A DNA stretch of 64,000 nt from Candidatus Fermentibacteraceae bacterium (GTDB lineage: Bacteria > Fermentibacterota > Fermentibacteria > Fermentibacterales > JCC-6), in the NCBI GenBank assembly GCA_041750285.1, contig JBGSZS010000007.1, forward strand, positions 96,001 to 160,000. Reading direction: 5' to 3'. The position numbers and the translations under genes were made by a program. A model generated the notes under the pieces. The model was not told the DNA's origin and ran no database searches. It was given only the letters and a program-made list of their open reading frames with translations. How positions within the stretch are numbered: position 1 is the first letter of the stretch; each line of letters opens with the position of its first letter. Of this stretch, positions 38,080 through 48,134 are shown in pieces.

Positions 38080-39432
38080 ATGTATAAATGGTATGGAATG
38101 TTTGTTCTCATGCTGGCCACTGCACAGAGTCTTGCCTTCCCAGCATTCGAGTTCAGCGACAGGTCGGACACATGGATCAGGATGGTTCCCTCTCTTGACC
38201 AGGTATCCCAGAGCTGTGCCATGGTTCTGAATGATCAGGATCTTCCCATGATCTGCTACGGACCCAGTGCCGCCGGAAACCAGGGGCTCTACTTTGCATG
38301 GTTCGACGGGACGGAATGGAATGAAACGCTGGTGGAACCCCTTCAGTACACATCCACCAACTGCAGAATGGTTCGGGACGACGACGGTGTGATTTCGGTG
38401 CTGTACAGCGGCACCATGTCCAACTCCTTGAGGTTTGCCAGGTTTGACGGCACCGAATGGCAAACCGAAGAGATCTGGGGCGACAAGCCCAACAGCTACG
38501 ATTTCACCTTGGATTCCCAGGGCAATCCCCATGTTGCATATGTCACAGACCCTGACAATTCGCTGATCTACACGGTGAGGGAGGGAACCGGTTGGACCGC
38601 CGAGAGCATCGGACACTGCGGGACACCTCCCATTGCGATCGCGGTCGATTCGCAGGACAGACCCCACCTGATCTGGAGTGCCTCGGGAAACCAGACCCGA
38701 CACGGCTGGCCCGAGTCCGGCGTATGGAACCAGGAGTCCGTCAGCAGCGGCATCTACTGCTATGGCATGGATCTGTACGCCGACGAGTCGGATGCTCTTC
38801 ATCTGGCGATGACGGGTGTTGCCAGTGGCAACCTCCTTGTGTATTCCTGCAGATAGGGTTCCGGCTGGAGCAGTGAGACCGTGGACTCCATGAAGGGTGG
38901 AGCATGCTCGATCATCACCGGTCAGGACGGAAGGGTACACATCGCCTACGCTGAGACGATCAACAGCGACATGCGCTACGCAGTGAAATCCGGGGGGGCA
39001 TGGTCGACGCAGGTGGTTTCCTGGCAGGGGATGAACGGCTACGGGATATCCCTGGTCCTTAACAGCCTCGGCGACCCCTGCATGCTCAACGGAAGGTATA
39101 CCACTCAGTGTGAGCTGGTCTGGTGGGGTGACGATGTGGGCGTATCACAGGATGAGTTCCTGCCCGTGCCCGAAGCGGCCCGTTTGCTGATTGAGCCGAA
39201 TCCCGCCTCCGCGGGTGCGACAGTGCGTGTTCACACAGACAGGGCAGGTTCCTATTCCCTTGACTTGTTCGACCTTACGGGCAGACTTGTGACTACACTT
39301 TTCTCCGGCACCCTTTCCGTTGGGGAGTCTGTTCTCTCGCCGGACCTTGGGGGGTTGCCCGATGGCACCTACCATCTGGTGCTGGGAGGGGAAGGACTAA
39401 GAATGACCGCGAGGATGGTTCTCCTGCCGTGA
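38080..39432 (+). pseudogene. Secreted beta-repeat protein with C-terminal sorting domain, interrupted by an in-frame TAG (38854-38856)
   Basis: ORFs 38056-38856 and 38881-39432 share a frame; read-through YSCR*GSGWSSETVD matches the internal repeats; C-terminal EPNPAS...DGTYHLVL. Confidence 0.65.
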
Positions 39433-39444
39433 TACGCCAGGAAC

Positions 39445-40854
39445 CTATCCTCTCCCGAAGCCCCTGAGGAACTCGGCGGCGTCACGGGAGAGCTGGCCGA
39501 AGCCCTTCAGGGAAAGATGCTTCCAGAGAAGGGCGGGGACCCGGGTGAAGGGCTTTCTTAAAAGGTAGTTCCGCCCAACCTTTCCCATGGCCCAGGAACG
39601 AAGGCTTTCAAGCTCGCGGTCGTCCATGTCGGTCAGGTTCACAAGGAGTCTGTCCGCCGCTTCGAGTGAGAGCACGTAGGCTTCCAGATCGGGTATCAGC
39701 CCCTTTTCCCTGGCCTCGGTGAAGAGGGGGGTGCCCGGGTAGGGTGTGACGAACAGCATTGGCGCGGTGATGTCGGCCTTTTTGCAGAACTCGACGGTTT
39801 CGGCGACGGTATCGCGTGTTTCCCCGAACATGCCTATCATGAACGAGCCCTCAGGGGTGATTCCCTCCTCGCGGGTCATTCTGATCGCCGAGAGGCACTG
39901 TTCGGGCGTGACGGTCCTTTTCATTCTCCTGAGCATCTCGGGGCTGCCCGATTCTATGCCGTAGCTTATCCAGTCGCACCCCGCCTCCCGCATGGCGGAA
40001 AGCATCTCGCGGTCAACCGATGAAGCCCTGCCTATGCAGGACCAGCGTATTCCCGGAAGCCTTTCCTTCAGCAGGGCGCAGGTTTCCAGAACAAAGGCCT
40101 TGTCGCTGGTGAAGAGGTCGTCGGGGAATCCCGTGTACTCTATCCCGTACTTTTCGACAATGTGAACAGCTTCGGAAACGATCGATGCGGGTGATCTGCG
40201 CCGGATCGTGCGGCCGTAGATGTGGTAGCAGTAGACGCAGCCATGGGGACAGCCCCTGCTGGCGACTATCTCGAGATGCCTTTCGTGCTTGCCCCTGTGA
40301 TCAAGGCTTACCACGTACTTCTCGAGGGGAAAGAGGTCACGGGCTGGCCACGGCAGGTCGTCGAGGTTCTCGAGGAGCGGCCTGGGCCGGGAAAACGCGG
40401 TGCTGCCCGTGTCGTCCCTGAAGGCGAGACCGGCAACCGAGCGCCAGTCCGAACCTGATTCAACGGCTGCAGCCAGCTCGACCGATGCTGCTTCACCCTC
40501 GCCGAGCACTACGGCGTCCATTCCAGCGTTTTCGAGGTAGAGCCCGGGGATCGTTGTGGCGCCGCTGTTGCCCGCCATCAGGAAGACGCCGGGCATCTCC
40601 CTTTTCAACCTTCCGCCGATCTCCCTGACTATCGAGTACCTTGTGATCATCCCGCCGAAGCCGACCATTTCGGGGGCTGTTTCCCCGATGAGCGTGAAGG
40701 CCCTCTCAGTGGACAGGTCTTCCCCCTCCATGTCCACCACGCTCACCCGGTGGCCGGCATGCTGAAGCGCTGCAGCAACGTAAGCGAGCCCCTGCGGGAA
40801 GTAGAGGCTTCGCTGGCCCGTTCCGAAATATGGGTACACAAGCGTTATCCTCAT
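39445..40854 (-). CDS. B12-binding-domain radical SAM protein
   Basis: PQGLAYVAA N-terminal domain, GEGE, SRGCPHGCVYC, DDLF, YGIESGS, PYPGT. Confidence 0.88.
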   Translation of the reverse strand: MRITLVYPYFGTGQRSLYFPQGLAYVAAALQHAGHRVSVVDMEGEDLSTERAFTLIGETAPEMVGFGGMITRYSIVREIGGRLKREMPGVFLMAGNSGATTIPGLYLENAGMDAVVLGEGEAASVELAAAVESGSDWRSVAGLAFRDDTGSTAFSRPRPLLENLDDLPWPARDLFPLEKYVVSLDHRGKHERHLEIVASRGCPHGCVYCYHIYGRTIRRRSPASIVSEAVHIVEKYGIEYTGFPDDLFTSDKAFVLETCALLKERLPGIRWSCIGRASSVDREMLSAMREAGCDWISYGIESGSPEMLRRMKRTVTPEQCLSAIRMTREEGITPEGSFMIGMFGETRDTVAETVEFCKKADITAPMLFVTPYPGTPLFTEAREKGLIPDLEAYVLSLEAADRLLVNLTDMDDRELESLRSWAMGKVGRNYLLRKPFTRVPALLWKHLSLKGFGQLSRDAAEFLRGFGRG

Positions 40855-40855
40855 G

Positions 40856-41920
40856 TCATCCTTCCCGCAGGTTGCCGAGCTTCCCGATGTCCGGGATGTT
40901 CTCCGGGTCTTCATCCCCCGGGACTGCCAGTTTTTCGAGAACATCCTCACGGTGGGGGATCAGGCCTGTCCTCAGGATGGTGTTCGATTCACGGTGGCGT
41001 ATCACCAGGTTCTTCCAGTCGTACTGCCCGGGGTACGAAAGCCCGCACCTCTCGACACGGCGCATGACTGCTTCAGTGAACCGGACCTTGTCGTCGGCTG
41101 GCTCCATTGGTTCGAGCTCGATCCGAAACCTCATTCCCGGAAGGACGAAGCATGATCCGAAAAGGACCCTGCAGCCGGTCCTGCTTCTGAGTTTCCATGG
41201 TGTGGAAGGAACCAGGTCGGGAACGCCGAACATGTCCAGCCAGATGCCTGCCGGTCCGCCGTAGGCCGTGGGTGAGTAATGCACGATGCGGTTCTCGGAG
41301 AGGACCCGGTACATCCATCGGGGGTTTTCATCGGGGAAGTGGAGAGTATTCCACCGTGCTCCGACGGCAAGCCTGGCTCTGCGGGGGATCTCTCCTTCGC
41401 CCAGGTAGCGGCTCGAAATGACTTCGACTGGGTAGCCAGCCATCCCCATGAGGATGTGCATGCTGCGCTCGTCGCCGAAGTGGGGGACGAGAAGCAGAAC
41501 GCCCCGTTCCGCTTTCAGGGCCTCGTCGAGATGCTCGCGTCCGCTCCATTCGACAGCTTCTTCCAGGGATTCCGGCTCAAAGCGTTCGAGATGGAACAGA
41601 TCGACGGTGTGTCTGACGTGCCTTTGCCAGTACTCCCTGACAAGCCTTTTCAAGGCGGTTTCGCCGAGATCGGGAAAGATCCTTCGGAAGTGGCTTTTCA
41701 AAAGCCCGCTCCTGCGGTCTGAGACCCCCCTGAGGCGCGTCAGGAAACTGATGATCCACTGAGGATTGCGTGAGCCGTGCACGGCCAGCCTGAGCACCCG
41801 GTAGTACAAGGAGGCTGCCAGGGTTCTGATGACTAGTCCCCCTGGCCCCGGAAGCCCCTGAGAACCCTTCCGGCCTTGCCCATTGCCTTGCCGGGCTCTC
41901 TCGCCAGCTCGGATGCCCAT
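40856..41920 (-). CDS. LpxL/HtrB-like (lysophospholipid) acyltransferase
   Basis: GREHLDEAL..RGVLLLVPHFG, MFGVP, YPGQYDW; true start uncertain, probably near 41833. Confidence 0.65.
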   Translation of the reverse strand: MGIRAGERARQGNGQGRKGSQGLPGPGGLVIRTLAASLYYRVLRLAVHGSRNPQWIISFLTRLRGVSDRRSGLLKSHFRRIFPDLGETALKRLVREYWQRHVRHTVDLFHLERFEPESLEEAVEWSGREHLDEALKAERGVLLLVPHFGDERSMHILMGMAGYPVEVISSRYLGEGEIPRRARLAVGARWNTLHFPDENPRWMYRVLSENRIVHYSPTAYGGPAGIWLDMFGVPDLVPSTPWKLRSRTGCRVLFGSCFVLPGMRFRIELEPMEPADDKVRFTEAVMRRVERCGLSYPGQYDWKNLVIRHRESNTILRTGLIPHREDVLEKLAVPGDEDPENIPDIGKLGNLREG

Positions 41921-43248
41921 CGGGTTATGTTGTCGACACTGGTGATCTTGCGCCAGCTCCTGTACCGCTCGATCTTGTGCTTCCAGCCCACCACGTCCGC
42001 GAGTTCAAGGTAGGGGAGGCGCATGTTCATGATCTCGCACGCCCTGTTCCTGGCGGGGTCGAGGAGTTCAGGGTTCTGGTCGGTCGTGAGATAGCCCTTC
42101 TCCTTCGCCCAGGTGTGGATGTGCCGGCCCGGGATCGCAGTGGACAGGTACACTATTATGTCGTCGGGCTTGATCCGCTTCAGAAGCCTGTAGGTGGCCT
42201 CGATGTCATCGTGGGTTTCGAGGGGATAGCCGATCATGATGTTGGCCGTTGCCTCGACCTTGAACTCGTGGCACCACTTGAAGGCCAGTTCGGCCTGTTC
42301 GGGGGTTGTGCCCTTCTCATAGCAGTCGAGGATCTTCTGGCTTCCGCTTTCGACACCGAAGCTTATGCAGTGGCAGCCGCTCTCGCCCATGACCCTCACC
42401 TTGTCGCGGGTGACGGTGTCCACCCTGCTGTTGCAGTGCCACTCCAGATCGATCCCGGCATCCCTCAGCAGGTCGCGGTACTCCTCGAACCATTTCGTGG
42501 GGTGCATCGTTATCGTGTCGTCCTTGAAGAAGATCCTGAGCTCCTTGGTGTTCCTCAGCCTGGCAAGCTCCACTATCTCCCCCACGACGTTTCCGGCGGA
42601 CCTGAGGCGGATGCCTCCCCCGAAGATCAGGTCGGTGCTGGGTTTGCAGTACGTGCAGTGAAAGGGGCAGCCCCTGGTCGTGACCATCCCGAACTCGCTC
42701 AGACCGTTGGCCAGGTACCAGTCGTAGTCGACCACATCTCGGGCGGGGTAGGGGATCGTGTCGAGGTCGCGGATGACGGGTCGTCTCGGATTTTCCGTGA
42801 AGCCTTCCCCGACGGGGTATGCCATGTTCCTGACGGACCTCCAGTCCCCGCCCTTCGAAAGGGTGTCGGCAAGCTCCACAATTGCCTCTTCGGCTTCACC
42901 CACAAGTGCCGAATCCGCCCCGGTGCCCTGGATGCTCAGCCCGGGAAAGATGCTGGGGTAAGCTCCCCCTACCGTGAAATGGGCATCGGGCACTACGGTC
43001 CTCAGGTGCTGAAGCACCTCGCCGGCCCTTCCCATCTTGGCCGCGGCGCTTATGGCTATTCCCACCAGGTCGCACCCCCTGGCCAGATGATCGATGTCGG
43101 TGATTTTCACGCAGGATGAGTAGTCCATGTATACGGGCTCGTGCCCTGCGTTCCGCAGGGCGCTGACGAGGTGAAGAACACCTATGGGCTCGGCAAGCCC
43201 GTTGTATTCGAACCATTGCCATCTAGGGTAAACAAGAGCTACCTTCAT
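41833..43248 (-). CDS. B12-binding-domain radical SAM protein
   Basis: EPIGVLHL, GGAYPS, GEAE, TRGCPFHCTYC, FGVESGS. Confidence 0.88.
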   Translation of the reverse strand: MKVALVYPRWQWFEYNGLAEPIGVLHLVSALRNAGHEPVYMDYSSCVKITDIDHLARGCDLVGIAISAAAKMGRAGEVLQHLRTVVPDAHFTVGGAYPSIFPGLSIQGTGADSALVGEAEEAIVELADTLSKGGDWRSVRNMAYPVGEGFTENPRRPVIRDLDTIPYPARDVVDYDWYLANGLSEFGMVTTRGCPFHCTYCKPSTDLIFGGGIRLRSAGNVVGEIVELARLRNTKELRIFFKDDTITMHPTKWFEEYRDLLRDAGIDLEWHCNSRVDTVTRDKVRVMGESGCHCISFGVESGSQKILDCYEKGTTPEQAELAFKWCHEFKVEATANIMIGYPLETHDDIEATYRLLKRIKPDDIIVYLSTAIPGRHIHTWAKEKGYLTTDQNPELLDPARNRACEIMNMRLPYLELADVVGWKHKIERYRSWRKITSVDNITRWASELAREPGKAMGKAGRVLRGFRGQGD

Positions 43249-43324
43249 TGGTCTCCTCCTTCAGGGAATATAGGAAAACCCCGTGGACTTGCCCTTTCTA
43301 CTCCCGATGAAGAATATCTCCCGC

Positions 43325-44452
43325 ATGGTTGCAGAAACCCCCTTTCTGGTAGTCGGAGCAGGTCCCGCCGGTTCGGCGTGTGCCTGGAAACTTGCGTCGG
43401 AAGGCTTTCCCGTTGTGCTTGCCGACCGTTGCAGGTTTCCCAGGCAGAAGCTGTGCGGGGGGGCTCTGTCCAACAACGGCGCACAACTCCTCACGGAGGG
43501 GGGCATGCTTCTTCCCGCCGAGGTCGAGGACCTTGTCGTGGCAAGACAAGGAACGTTCTCGTGCTACGATTCCCTTTCGCACCTTCGGACCTTTCACGGT
43601 GGAACCCCTGAAATGAGACTTCTGGACAGGTCCGGGTTCGATTCGTTCCTCTGCAGGAGGGCGGTCGAGGCCGGGGCTGTCTTCCTCGAGGGACTCGGCT
43701 TCCGCGGGTTCGGTGACGATGGAAGGGCTGAATTCACCGGTGGGGAACGGATCCGCTTCCAGCGCATGGTCGGGGCCGACGGCGCCTGCAGCACGGTCAG
43801 GCGCCGGGCGTACGGAAGACCCCGTGGAAGGCACGGCCTGTGCCTTGAAGCATTTGTCCCCCTTTCTCCGCGTGTTCTGGAGAAGTTCCTGCCCCCAGGG
43901 CTTCAGATACATTTCGGCCTTCTCCCATACGGTTACGGATGGGTCTTCCCCAGAAAGGAGGATGTTTGCGTGGGGGTAGGTTCATTCGGTCCAGGCCGCC
44001 GTCCGAAGGCGCTGGCGAAGGCTGCCGAGAAGCTGATCGCTCACCTTGGGCTGGGATTCAACAGACCATTGCGTGGAGCGCTTGTCCCGCCGTGCAATGG
44101 TGGTCTGCTTGCCGGGAAAGACAGGGTGCTGCTGGCCGGCGATGCAGCAAGTCTCTGCGACAGGGTGTCGGGCGAGGGGATCTCCCATGCTCTGGAGAGC
44201 GGATTTCTCGCCGCCGAAGCCCTCATTGCCGGAGCACGATCATGGGACACACGGGCAAGGTGCGTCAGGCAGGTCAGGGAATCGGCCCTCTACAGGCACC
44301 TTCTGTACGGCAGAGCGTTCCGCGCCCTGGCAATGCGAAAGCTGAGGGACAGCGACCGGTTCATGCGTATCTACTGGCAGATCGCTGCCGGTGAAGCCGG
44401 CTACCCGGAGTTGTTTCAGCGCAGGGCGGCGAGTATTCCTTCGGAGACCTGA
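43325..44452 (+). CDS. Geranylgeranyl-reductase-family FAD oxidoreductase
   Basis: VVGAGPAGS, KLCGGAL, GADG..STVR, YGWVFP, LAGDAA...GEGI. Confidence 0.8.
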   Translation: MVAETPFLVVGAGPAGSACAWKLASEGFPVVLADRCRFPRQKLCGGALSNNGAQLLTEGGMLLPAEVEDLVVARQGTFSCYDSLSHLRTFHGGTPEMRLLDRSGFDSFLCRRAVEAGAVFLEGLGFRGFGDDGRAEFTGGERIRFQRMVGADGACSTVRRRAYGRPRGRHGLCLEAFVPLSPRVLEKFLPPGLQIHFGLLPYGYGWVFPRKEDVCVGVGSFGPGRRPKALAKAAEKLIAHLGLGFNRPLRGALVPPCNGGLLAGKDRVLLAGDAASLCDRVSGEGISHALESGFLAAEALIAGARSWDTRARCVRQVRESALYRHLLYGRAFRALAMRKLRDSDRFMRIYWQIAAGEAGYPELFQRRAASIPSET

Positions 44453-46329
44453 TCGGGCAGAAGCCCCTGCATTCTGTAGAGGTCGTCGGGCTCACCGCTC
44501 ATGCCGTACTCCCTGGCACCGAATCGCAGAAGGCGAGGGGTTCCCGAACGCTCCGAGAGACGGATCGCAAGCCCCGCACCCAGACCCGTTTCGGCATCAT
44601 GGTCCTCATATGCGGCAAGCAGCCTGAAAGTACTGAGTTCCTTCATCAGTGATTCAGGGAGTGCGTTCGGGGCACTGACCGCATACACCCTGGCCGAGAT
44701 TCCCGCCTTTTCGAGGGAAGCCCTCACTGAAAGCGCCCTGTGGCACATGCATCCCATGGCGAGGATCGCCACGTCGGTCCCGTCCCGAAGGATGTCCGGC
44801 TTTCCGAAGACGAACCTGTATGAGTTGCCGAAGAATGGACCGCCCTTCTCATCGGTGATCACTGGCTGTCTGGACCGGCCCATCGCGATGAAGAAGTTGC
44901 CGGGGTGCATTGCTGCGAACCTGACAACCCTGTCGGTCTGGTTGGGGTCAGCCGGCACCACCGTGAAGTAGTTCTTGAGTGCCCGCATGAGTCCGACGTA
45001 TTTGAGGCAGTGATGGGTCTTGCCGTCGGGTCCCACATCCAGGCCGCAGTGGGTGGCGACCACCTTCAGGTTGGTATTGTTGATGTCGTTTATCCTGTGT
45101 TGGTTGAAGGTTTCGTCCGAGGCGAAAACCCCGAAATCCGCCCAGAACACAACCTTTTCCGCCAGTGAAGCCCCGCCGGCGGCGCTGGCCGTGTGATGTT
45201 CGGTGATGCCGCATTGCAGATGATGTGCGGGAAACTCCGCACCGAAGGCCGATGTCTTCACGCTGCCTGCCAGATCGCAATCGAAAACCAGTGGAGTGTC
45301 GTTGCCGTTGGCACGGGCCAGATCGAGCAGGGCCGCGCCCCATGCGCTTCTGTTGTCTCCCTTGTGCCCGGGAGGATAGGTCACGGGATTGCCCTGCAGC
45401 GCGCAAACATGGAAGCGTGGTTCACAGTGAACGGCTCGCCGTGGATTTCCCGATTCCCTCGCGGTTTTCAGCTCTTCCAGTCTGTTGGGCAGACCCAGTT
45501 CCTGGAGTGCTGCGCTGAGCTCATCGGGGCTTGGAGCCCTGCCGTGGAAGTCGGGGTCGTTTTCCATGAAGGAAACTCCCCTCCCCATGACTGTTTCGGC
45601 TATCACGAGCCGTGGTGATTTCTGTCCGGCGGGGCTGAGAGCTTTGTAGAGGGCGCCGAGGTCATGACCGTCAACCTTCACGACCTCCCAGCCGCTGCTT
45701 CTGAATTCGGCCCCGTGGTCGACGGGCATGATGTCGGCTGTAGCGCCTGAGATCTGAAGCCGGTTGCAGTCGATGACGCATGTGAGGTTTCCGAGAGCGA
45801 ACTTCGAGGCGAACCTCCTGGCCTCGCTGATCTGACCCTTCTGGTTCTCGCCGTCGCCCGTTACAACCCAGACATGATTCCGGTAGCCCAGGCTTCTGTC
45901 GGCGACAGCCATTCCCGTTGCAGCGCTCAAACCCTGTCCGAGGTTTCCCGAGGTCAACTCGATTCCCGGTAGATGTCTTTCGACATGCCCCTCGTAACTG
46001 CTGCCCGCCTGGCGGAAGCCAACGATCGCGTCATCGAGGTTGAAGAAGCCAAACCCTCCCAGCACCGAGTAGACCGCGGGAGAGATGTGGCCGTGGCTCA
46101 CGACGATGCGGTCCCGTCCACGCCTGCATGGGTCGTGCGGATCAACCGAGGCCTGGCTCCAGAGAAGGGCCAGTATCTCGAGGCTGCTCATTGAACCGCC
46201 GGGATGACCGCTTCCCGCCAGACAGGTCATGTGAAGAATGTTGCCACGGGCCTTTCTGCAGAACTCCCGCAGTTCGGCGATCGTTGCCTGTGGCAGCTCG
46301 GGTTCCCTGAAGAGGGTCCGTGTCATCAC
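44416..46329 (-). CDS. tkt: Transketolase (single polypeptide)
   Basis: SGHPGGSMS, DRIVVSHGH, GNLGQG, GDGE, GITEH, DGKTH. Confidence 0.88.
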   Translation of the reverse strand: MMTRTLFREPELPQATIAELREFCRKARGNILHMTCLAGSGHPGGSMSSLEILALLWSQASVDPHDPCRRGRDRIVVSHGHISPAVYSVLGGFGFFNLDDAIVGFRQAGSSYEGHVERHLPGIELTSGNLGQGLSAATGMAVADRSLGYRNHVWVVTGDGENQKGQISEARRFASKFALGNLTCVIDCNRLQISGATADIMPVDHGAEFRSSGWEVVKVDGHDLGALYKALSPAGQKSPRLVIAETVMGRGVSFMENDPDFHGRAPSPDELSAALQELGLPNRLEELKTARESGNPRRAVHCEPRFHVCALQGNPVTYPPGHKGDNRSAWGAALLDLARANGNDTPLVFDCDLAGSVKTSAFGAEFPAHHLQCGITEHHTASAAGGASLAEKVVFWADFGVFASDETFNQHRINDINNTNLKVVATHCGLDVGPDGKTHHCLKYVGLMRALKNYFTVVPADPNQTDRVVRFAAMHPGNFFIAMGRSRQPVITDEKGGPFFGNSYRFVFGKPDILRDGTDVAILAMGCMCHRALSVRASLEKAGISARVYAVSAPNALPESLMKELSTFRLLAAYEDHDAETGLGAGLAIRLSERSGTPRLLRFGAREYGMSGEPDDLYRMQGLLPDQVSEGILAALR

Positions 46330-48038
46330 TGGTCCACCCTGTGTTCAGCCCTGGCCTCAAGCAGGGCCCTTATGATCCCCAGAACCCGGTCTGCCTTCAG
46401 CACGGTTTCATCGAGGAGCCGAAGGGCTTCAGACTTCACCGATTCCCTGTAGCCGGTGTCCGTTATCTCGCCCAGGTTGATCAGAACGTTCATGCAGGCG
46501 CCTTCCGCTGCAGTGCGGGCTGCTGAGGCGGCCACACCCGAATCGCTGACAGAGGCCTGCATGCCCCGCTCGGCAACGATTCCTGCAAGGTCGGCTGCCT
46601 CCCTTGCGAGCCTGAGAACCCGAAGGGGAACCTCGATGGCTTCGCGCACGGCGGCCTGCACGTCACCGCCGCTCCTGGCGGCCTCCATCCAGTTGTTGAA
46701 AGCCCTTGTATCGTCATCTATGGCCGCCAGCAGGCTTTCCTTCATCTCCTGGGCCCTGGGGGCAATGCGGCGCATTTCTTCCCAGTGCGGCCTGTATTCC
46801 CTGTTCTTCACGGTCAGGTTCGCGACCATGGAAACAAGTGCAGAGGACAGTGCACCCGCAAGCGCCGACGCGCTTCCGCCGCCGGGCGCGGGTGAATCGA
46901 CGGACAACTGGTCGCAGAAGTCACTGCAGGACAGGCCGGACAAGTCGACCGTGCTGTCGGCTATCATGTACTCGATGATCTTCTCGCCTGGGTTGAAGGG
47001 AGCCACATCCCTGAGGCCCATGCTGCGGATGGCTGTTTCCAGAAGGTCCTTCTCCGGCTGTCCGGTCGTCACGCTCTGTTTTCCCACTGTGGTGAGGCCG
47101 CGGTTCTGTTTGTCGATGAAGTAACGGCCGGCGTCGAGCATTGCGGAGAGGGGAACAAGGCCAACGATCTCGCTTCCGGTGACCACTCCCCCAAGCTTCT
47201 CGACCTCTTCCCGTGTGACCTCGTATGCCACGTGCAGCGGAGTTACCGATATGTCGGTGAGGTTCATCGTGACCTGTGACGTCCCATACTCCTCAATGTA
47301 CCACCCAGTGGCCTTGCAGCAGTCCAGCCGGCCCTTTTCGTGGATCCTTTCACCCTTTTCGTCCCTTGCGAACTTCCAGTCCGGCGTGCGTGCGGGTCTG
47401 CCGCTGTCGCGGATGGCAAGGGCCACTTCCTTCGCTATCGAAGTGTCACGCGTGTTCACGTTCACGTTGTACGCGATGAGGAAGTTCCGCGCTCCGATCG
47501 TGCAGACGCCGGTCCGGGCAACGGCTTCGTTCCAGGCGTTGGGTCCGAAATCGGGTTTCCATTCCTCCCTGCCCAGTTTGTCCTTCAGAGCCTCGTACTC
47601 TCCGGCCCTGATGTCGGGCAGTTTGCACCTTTCCGGGCGTGAGGCCGCGAATTCGTACAGGTAGACCGGGATTCCGAGTTCGCTGCCCACCCTCTCCCCG
47701 AGCCGGCGGGCAAGCTGCACGCAGAGGTCCATGTCGACACCGCTCACGGGGACGAATGGGCACACGTCGGTGGCCCCGTGTCTGGGGTGGGCTCCCTTCT
47801 GTACCCTCATGTCTATGAGTTCCGCGGCTTTCGCCACCAGAAGGAAGGACGCCTCGACAACGGCATCGGGGTCTCCGGCGATTGTGATGACGGTACGGTT
47901 GGTGGCTGCTCCGGCATCGACATCAAGAACGGAGGCGCCCTTAACGGTCGATGCCGCTTTGGTCACTGCATCGATAACGGCGCGGTTCCGTCCCTCGGAA
48001 ATGTTCGGCACGCATTCGACTATCCTGCGGGGCATCAT
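46326..48038 (-). CDS. ftcD: Glutamate formimidoyltransferase / formiminoTHF cyclodeaminase (bifunctional)
   Basis: VECVPNISEGR, HPRHGATDVCPFVP, PAPGGGSASA, NVLINL. Confidence 0.9.
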   Translation of the reverse strand: MMPRRIVECVPNISEGRNRAVIDAVTKAASTVKGASVLDVDAGAATNRTVITIAGDPDAVVEASFLLVAKAAELIDMRVQKGAHPRHGATDVCPFVPVSGVDMDLCVQLARRLGERVGSELGIPVYLYEFAASRPERCKLPDIRAGEYEALKDKLGREEWKPDFGPNAWNEAVARTGVCTIGARNFLIAYNVNVNTRDTSIAKEVALAIRDSGRPARTPDWKFARDEKGERIHEKGRLDCCKATGWYIEEYGTSQVTMNLTDISVTPLHVAYEVTREEVEKLGGVVTGSEIVGLVPLSAMLDAGRYFIDKQNRGLTTVGKQSVTTGQPEKDLLETAIRSMGLRDVAPFNPGEKIIEYMIADSTVDLSGLSCSDFCDQLSVDSPAPGGGSASALAGALSSALVSMVANLTVKNREYRPHWEEMRRIAPRAQEMKESLLAAIDDDTRAFNNWMEAARSGGDVQAAVREAIEVPLRVLRLAREAADLAGIVAERGMQASVSDSGVAASAARTAAEGACMNVLINLGEITDTGYRESVKSEALRLLDETVLKADRVLGIIRALLEARAEHRVDQ

Positions 48039-48134
48039 TCCTCCATGAAGCTTCGGGGTTTTTCTTTTTGGCGTAATGGACTATGAAACATAGAACATGG
48101 GCATGCCGGCAACAACGATGGACCGCATCGCCCG

